DNA of 63,999 bases, the filler included, from Candidatus Babelota bacterium (GTDB lineage: Bacteria > JAGOBX01): NCBI GenBank assembly GCA_017999075.1. It is 11 parts of 11 records of this genome, joined end to end, with 100 filler letters (N's around TTAATTAATTAA, not from the genome) between each part and the next. Parts side by side here need not be neighbours in the genome. Positions count along the whole stretch, not along the records: positions 59,531 to 63,999 come from JAGOBX010000344.1; 10 more parts are not named here. One strand, 5' to 3'. Below are positions 61,554-63,999 of the stretch, piece after piece; the stretch's first letter is position 1; each line of letters starts with the position of its first letter. The position numbers and the translations under genes were made by a program. The notes under the pieces are model-generated. The model was not told the origin of the DNA. It worked only from the letters and a program-made list of their open reading frames with translations, and did not search any database.

Positions 61554-63470
61554 TTATAAAGTGCTTATCCCAGCCCAATCTTTACCCGGGGGTATTCTTA
61601 ACAATGTCGTGCAGCGTTTTATGTATGCCGGAGAAACAGTATCTTCCGGGCAATCCGCTAAACACTGCTGAAAAATTTCAATTGCCTTTTTAAAATCTCC
61701 AAGTTTATAGAAATTCATTGCCTCAGCAAAATTATTTTTAATTTTTAGTTTACGCTCTATTGTTTCCGGTTCGTTAAAATCAAAAACTTCGTATAATGTT
61801 ATCGGCGTTTCTTTGCCTTTTACTCTTACCATATCAACCATCCGCAGATTGAACGCATTAGGATTTTTCAGTTTTGAAAATATTGTATCTGATATCAGCA
61901 AATCAATTCCGTATAATTTTGTCGCTGATTCCAAACGCGCCGCAAGATTTACTGCATCGCCTATTACTGTTGCCTGCAGGCGGTTATCATCGCCTACTGT
62001 TCCTAATTCTACCTCGCCAAAATGAATTCCTATTCCGGTTAATACAGGAATTTCATTTTTTTGTTTTCGTTGTTCGTTGAACTTTCGCAATGATTTTTTT
62101 ATCTCTATTGCCGCTCTGACCGCATCGTCCGCAATTCTTGGAAATAAAGCCATTATGGCGTCGCCTATATATTTATCGATAATTCCTTCGTTATTTTCAA
62201 TAATCGGATTAGTAATATGAAAATATTTATTAAGCAAATCAAAAACGCCGCGCGGCGTTAAACTTTCTGAAATTGTCGTATATGACCTGATATCGGAAAA
62301 TAAAACAGACATTTCCAAATTTTTACAATCCGCTGTTTTAACATCTAATATACTTTCCTTATCAAACATTTTCAAAAGTTTCTGCGGAACAAACCGCGAA
62401 TAAGAAACGCTTTGTTTTTTTGCAAGCTCAATATTAGCGATTCTTTTTTCGTTCATAATCGAAAAAATTAAAGCGCCTATAAATGAAAAAATAACAAGCG
62501 GTATATAGATGTAAAATAAATTATGGATAAATTCTTTAGGACGCTTTTTCAAATCAGCGTCAGATATATATGAGACAATTTGCCAATAATAATTGAATGA
62601 ATTATTTTCAGATATTTTTAAATCAGAATTATTATTCGGATAAAGACGCATAAAAGTAAATAATCCTTTTTCTGTTTTAAAATTACCGTGTTTGAATTCT
62701 AAAATTTTTTTCCATTCTTCAGAAAACTCGTTTGAAAATTTTTTTTCTTTACGGCTGTCTATCATAAATCCCCATTCATCTTCAGATACGCTGCTTTTCA
62801 GCCAGTAGCCGTCGGAATTTACTAACATCAATTTTTCTTCTTTAGATTTATCTATAAGATTATCAAAGTATTTTATTATCTGATTCCCGAAATAATTTAT
62901 TACAATTATCCATTTCAAAGTTCCGTCTTTGTTAAATATCGGCGTGCAAAATCGTATCATTGGTTTATAAGGCGTTTCAATTTTTCCGCCTTCTATATTC
63001 AAATCAAGCGGTGAAATATATATTTCTTTATATTTTAACATCAATGAGTTTTTATGATAATCTCTACCTTCTTTACTTTGCAGTTCGTTTTTGGGAACAA
63101 CAACAGGTATGCCTTTTTCATTATTAACGCGGAAAATTTCCATTCCTTCGCCGTTTAATAATCTTATCTGGTTATATATGCCTCACCGCTTTGAGAAGGA
63201 TAAAACCAGAGAAGTATGTTTTTCGCAAATTTCTTTTTCATCGCAAAGCGAAGGTTCAAAAACGTCGGATAAAAATAAAATATCTGAAATTACAAGAGCA
63301 ATTTCTTTTTGAATTGATTTTTTTAATACGGATACGGTATTCATATCCTTATTAATATGTGAAATTGTATTCCGCTTCAGTTCAACCCAAAATAAAACAT
63401 AAATAATTGCTGTAAATAAAAATAACAGAGGGATAAAAATTAATAATGTTTTTTTAATAATTCGTTTCAT
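61554..63470 (-). pseudogene. Cache-sensor class III adenylate cyclase interrupted by one in-frame TGA (63183-63185)
   Basis: The 95-aa and 529-aa ORFs share a frame: ...SFSKR*GIYNQIRLLNGEGMEIFRVN... The cyclase motifs FSDIRSYT, DKYIGDAIMA, GIGIH.G and GDAVNLAARLE are intact. Confidence 0.7.
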
Positions 63471-63875
63471 AATATTCAGTAATTATATTTAAAAAGTTAT
63501 AAAAGTAAATAATTTTTAATTGAAAAATTATTTTGCTTATCGGACAAGATGAACTAAACCGCTAAGCTGCATTTTCATAACGTTATATTTGTTGCCGCAG
63601 AATAATTCAATTGTTAAAAACAAGCTGATTCGAGTGCAGTCAAAAATTATTCCAATAAATTCAAGCAATTTTTAACCTGTCCCTTTGGATTCTAATAATT
63701 TTATTTGACACAACAAATTTTGAGGTCCTTTTTCTAATAAAATTTTCATGAATTGATTAAAAATATTTTGCACGGCATCCGATATTTTTCCGGGAGAAAT
63801 TTCAGGATGTAAACATCTGCTCAAATTTCTTAATATGGTCTTTGGAATGAATAATATCTAAAATATGATAGGCAT

Positions 63876-63911
63876 CCGTGCCAATAAAGTGCCGTGCCAA
63901 TAAAGTGCCGT
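63876..63911. repeat. Exact 16-bp tandem duplication CCGTGCCAATAAAGTG x2.25
   Basis: Units at 63876-63891 and 63892-63907, plus CCGT. Confidence 0.85.
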
Positions 63912-63999
63912 ATAGTCAAAAGTCAGTATTTGAAAAACAAACTAATTTAATAATATTTGTTTTATGCATAACAATAATGGTTTAAATAATGCTCTAATT

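Noticed and set aside
63183-63185. Genome-wide TGA recoding (code 4 or 25)
   Set aside because: TGA ends the TPR, GT4, GT9, methyltransferase, recG and radical SAM genes at plausible positions, and Trp is encoded by TGG in conserved motifs.
63876-63911. Sigma54 promoter (TGGCACG on the minus strand)
   Set aside because: The -12 TTGC element is missing at the required spacing in both copies.

Overview
This is not one continuous locus. It is a pseudo-scaffold of 11 short contigs from a low-GC, diderm, probably anaerobic bacterium, most likely a draft genome or MAG. Ten 100-bp linkers (44N-TTAATTAATTAA-44N) join the contigs. The complete contigs fall monotonically in length from 5903 to 5789 bp, so gene neighbourhoods mean nothing across linkers. 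The genetic code appears standard, with TGA ending several genes. Ordinary content includes an SxtJ/carbamoyltransferase/DUF5989 triad, a PEP/pyruvate-binding protein next to gdhA, a GspE/PilB ATPase, a cell-envelope modification locus with a two-component system, PP2C/TolC/MFP/S41 genes, glycosyltransferases, radical SAM enzymes, xerC, recG, ettA, hemerythrins, a Cache-adenylate cyclase and four very large repeat-rich secreted proteins. The best candidate for an undescribed system is on contig 2. There, GxxExxY (PD-(D/E)XK-like) nuclease genes sit as tandem cassettes bounded by a 62-bp, 9-bp-periodic palindrome. One arm of that palindrome also recurs four times inside the coding sequence of the neighbouring Ig-repeat surface protein, at equivalent positions in its repeats, alongside 7-bp DNA periodicity. 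Other notable items are a PAP2-phosphatase/Omp85-barrel fusion, a two-copy ~100-bp MITE-like element that supplies the 3' end of a gene, a >1900-aa secreted protein with repeated RG[VIL][KR]S motifs and a Vps62-like segment, and an in-frame TGA in the adenylate cyclase. All family calls come from motif recognition by eye; no database search was run.
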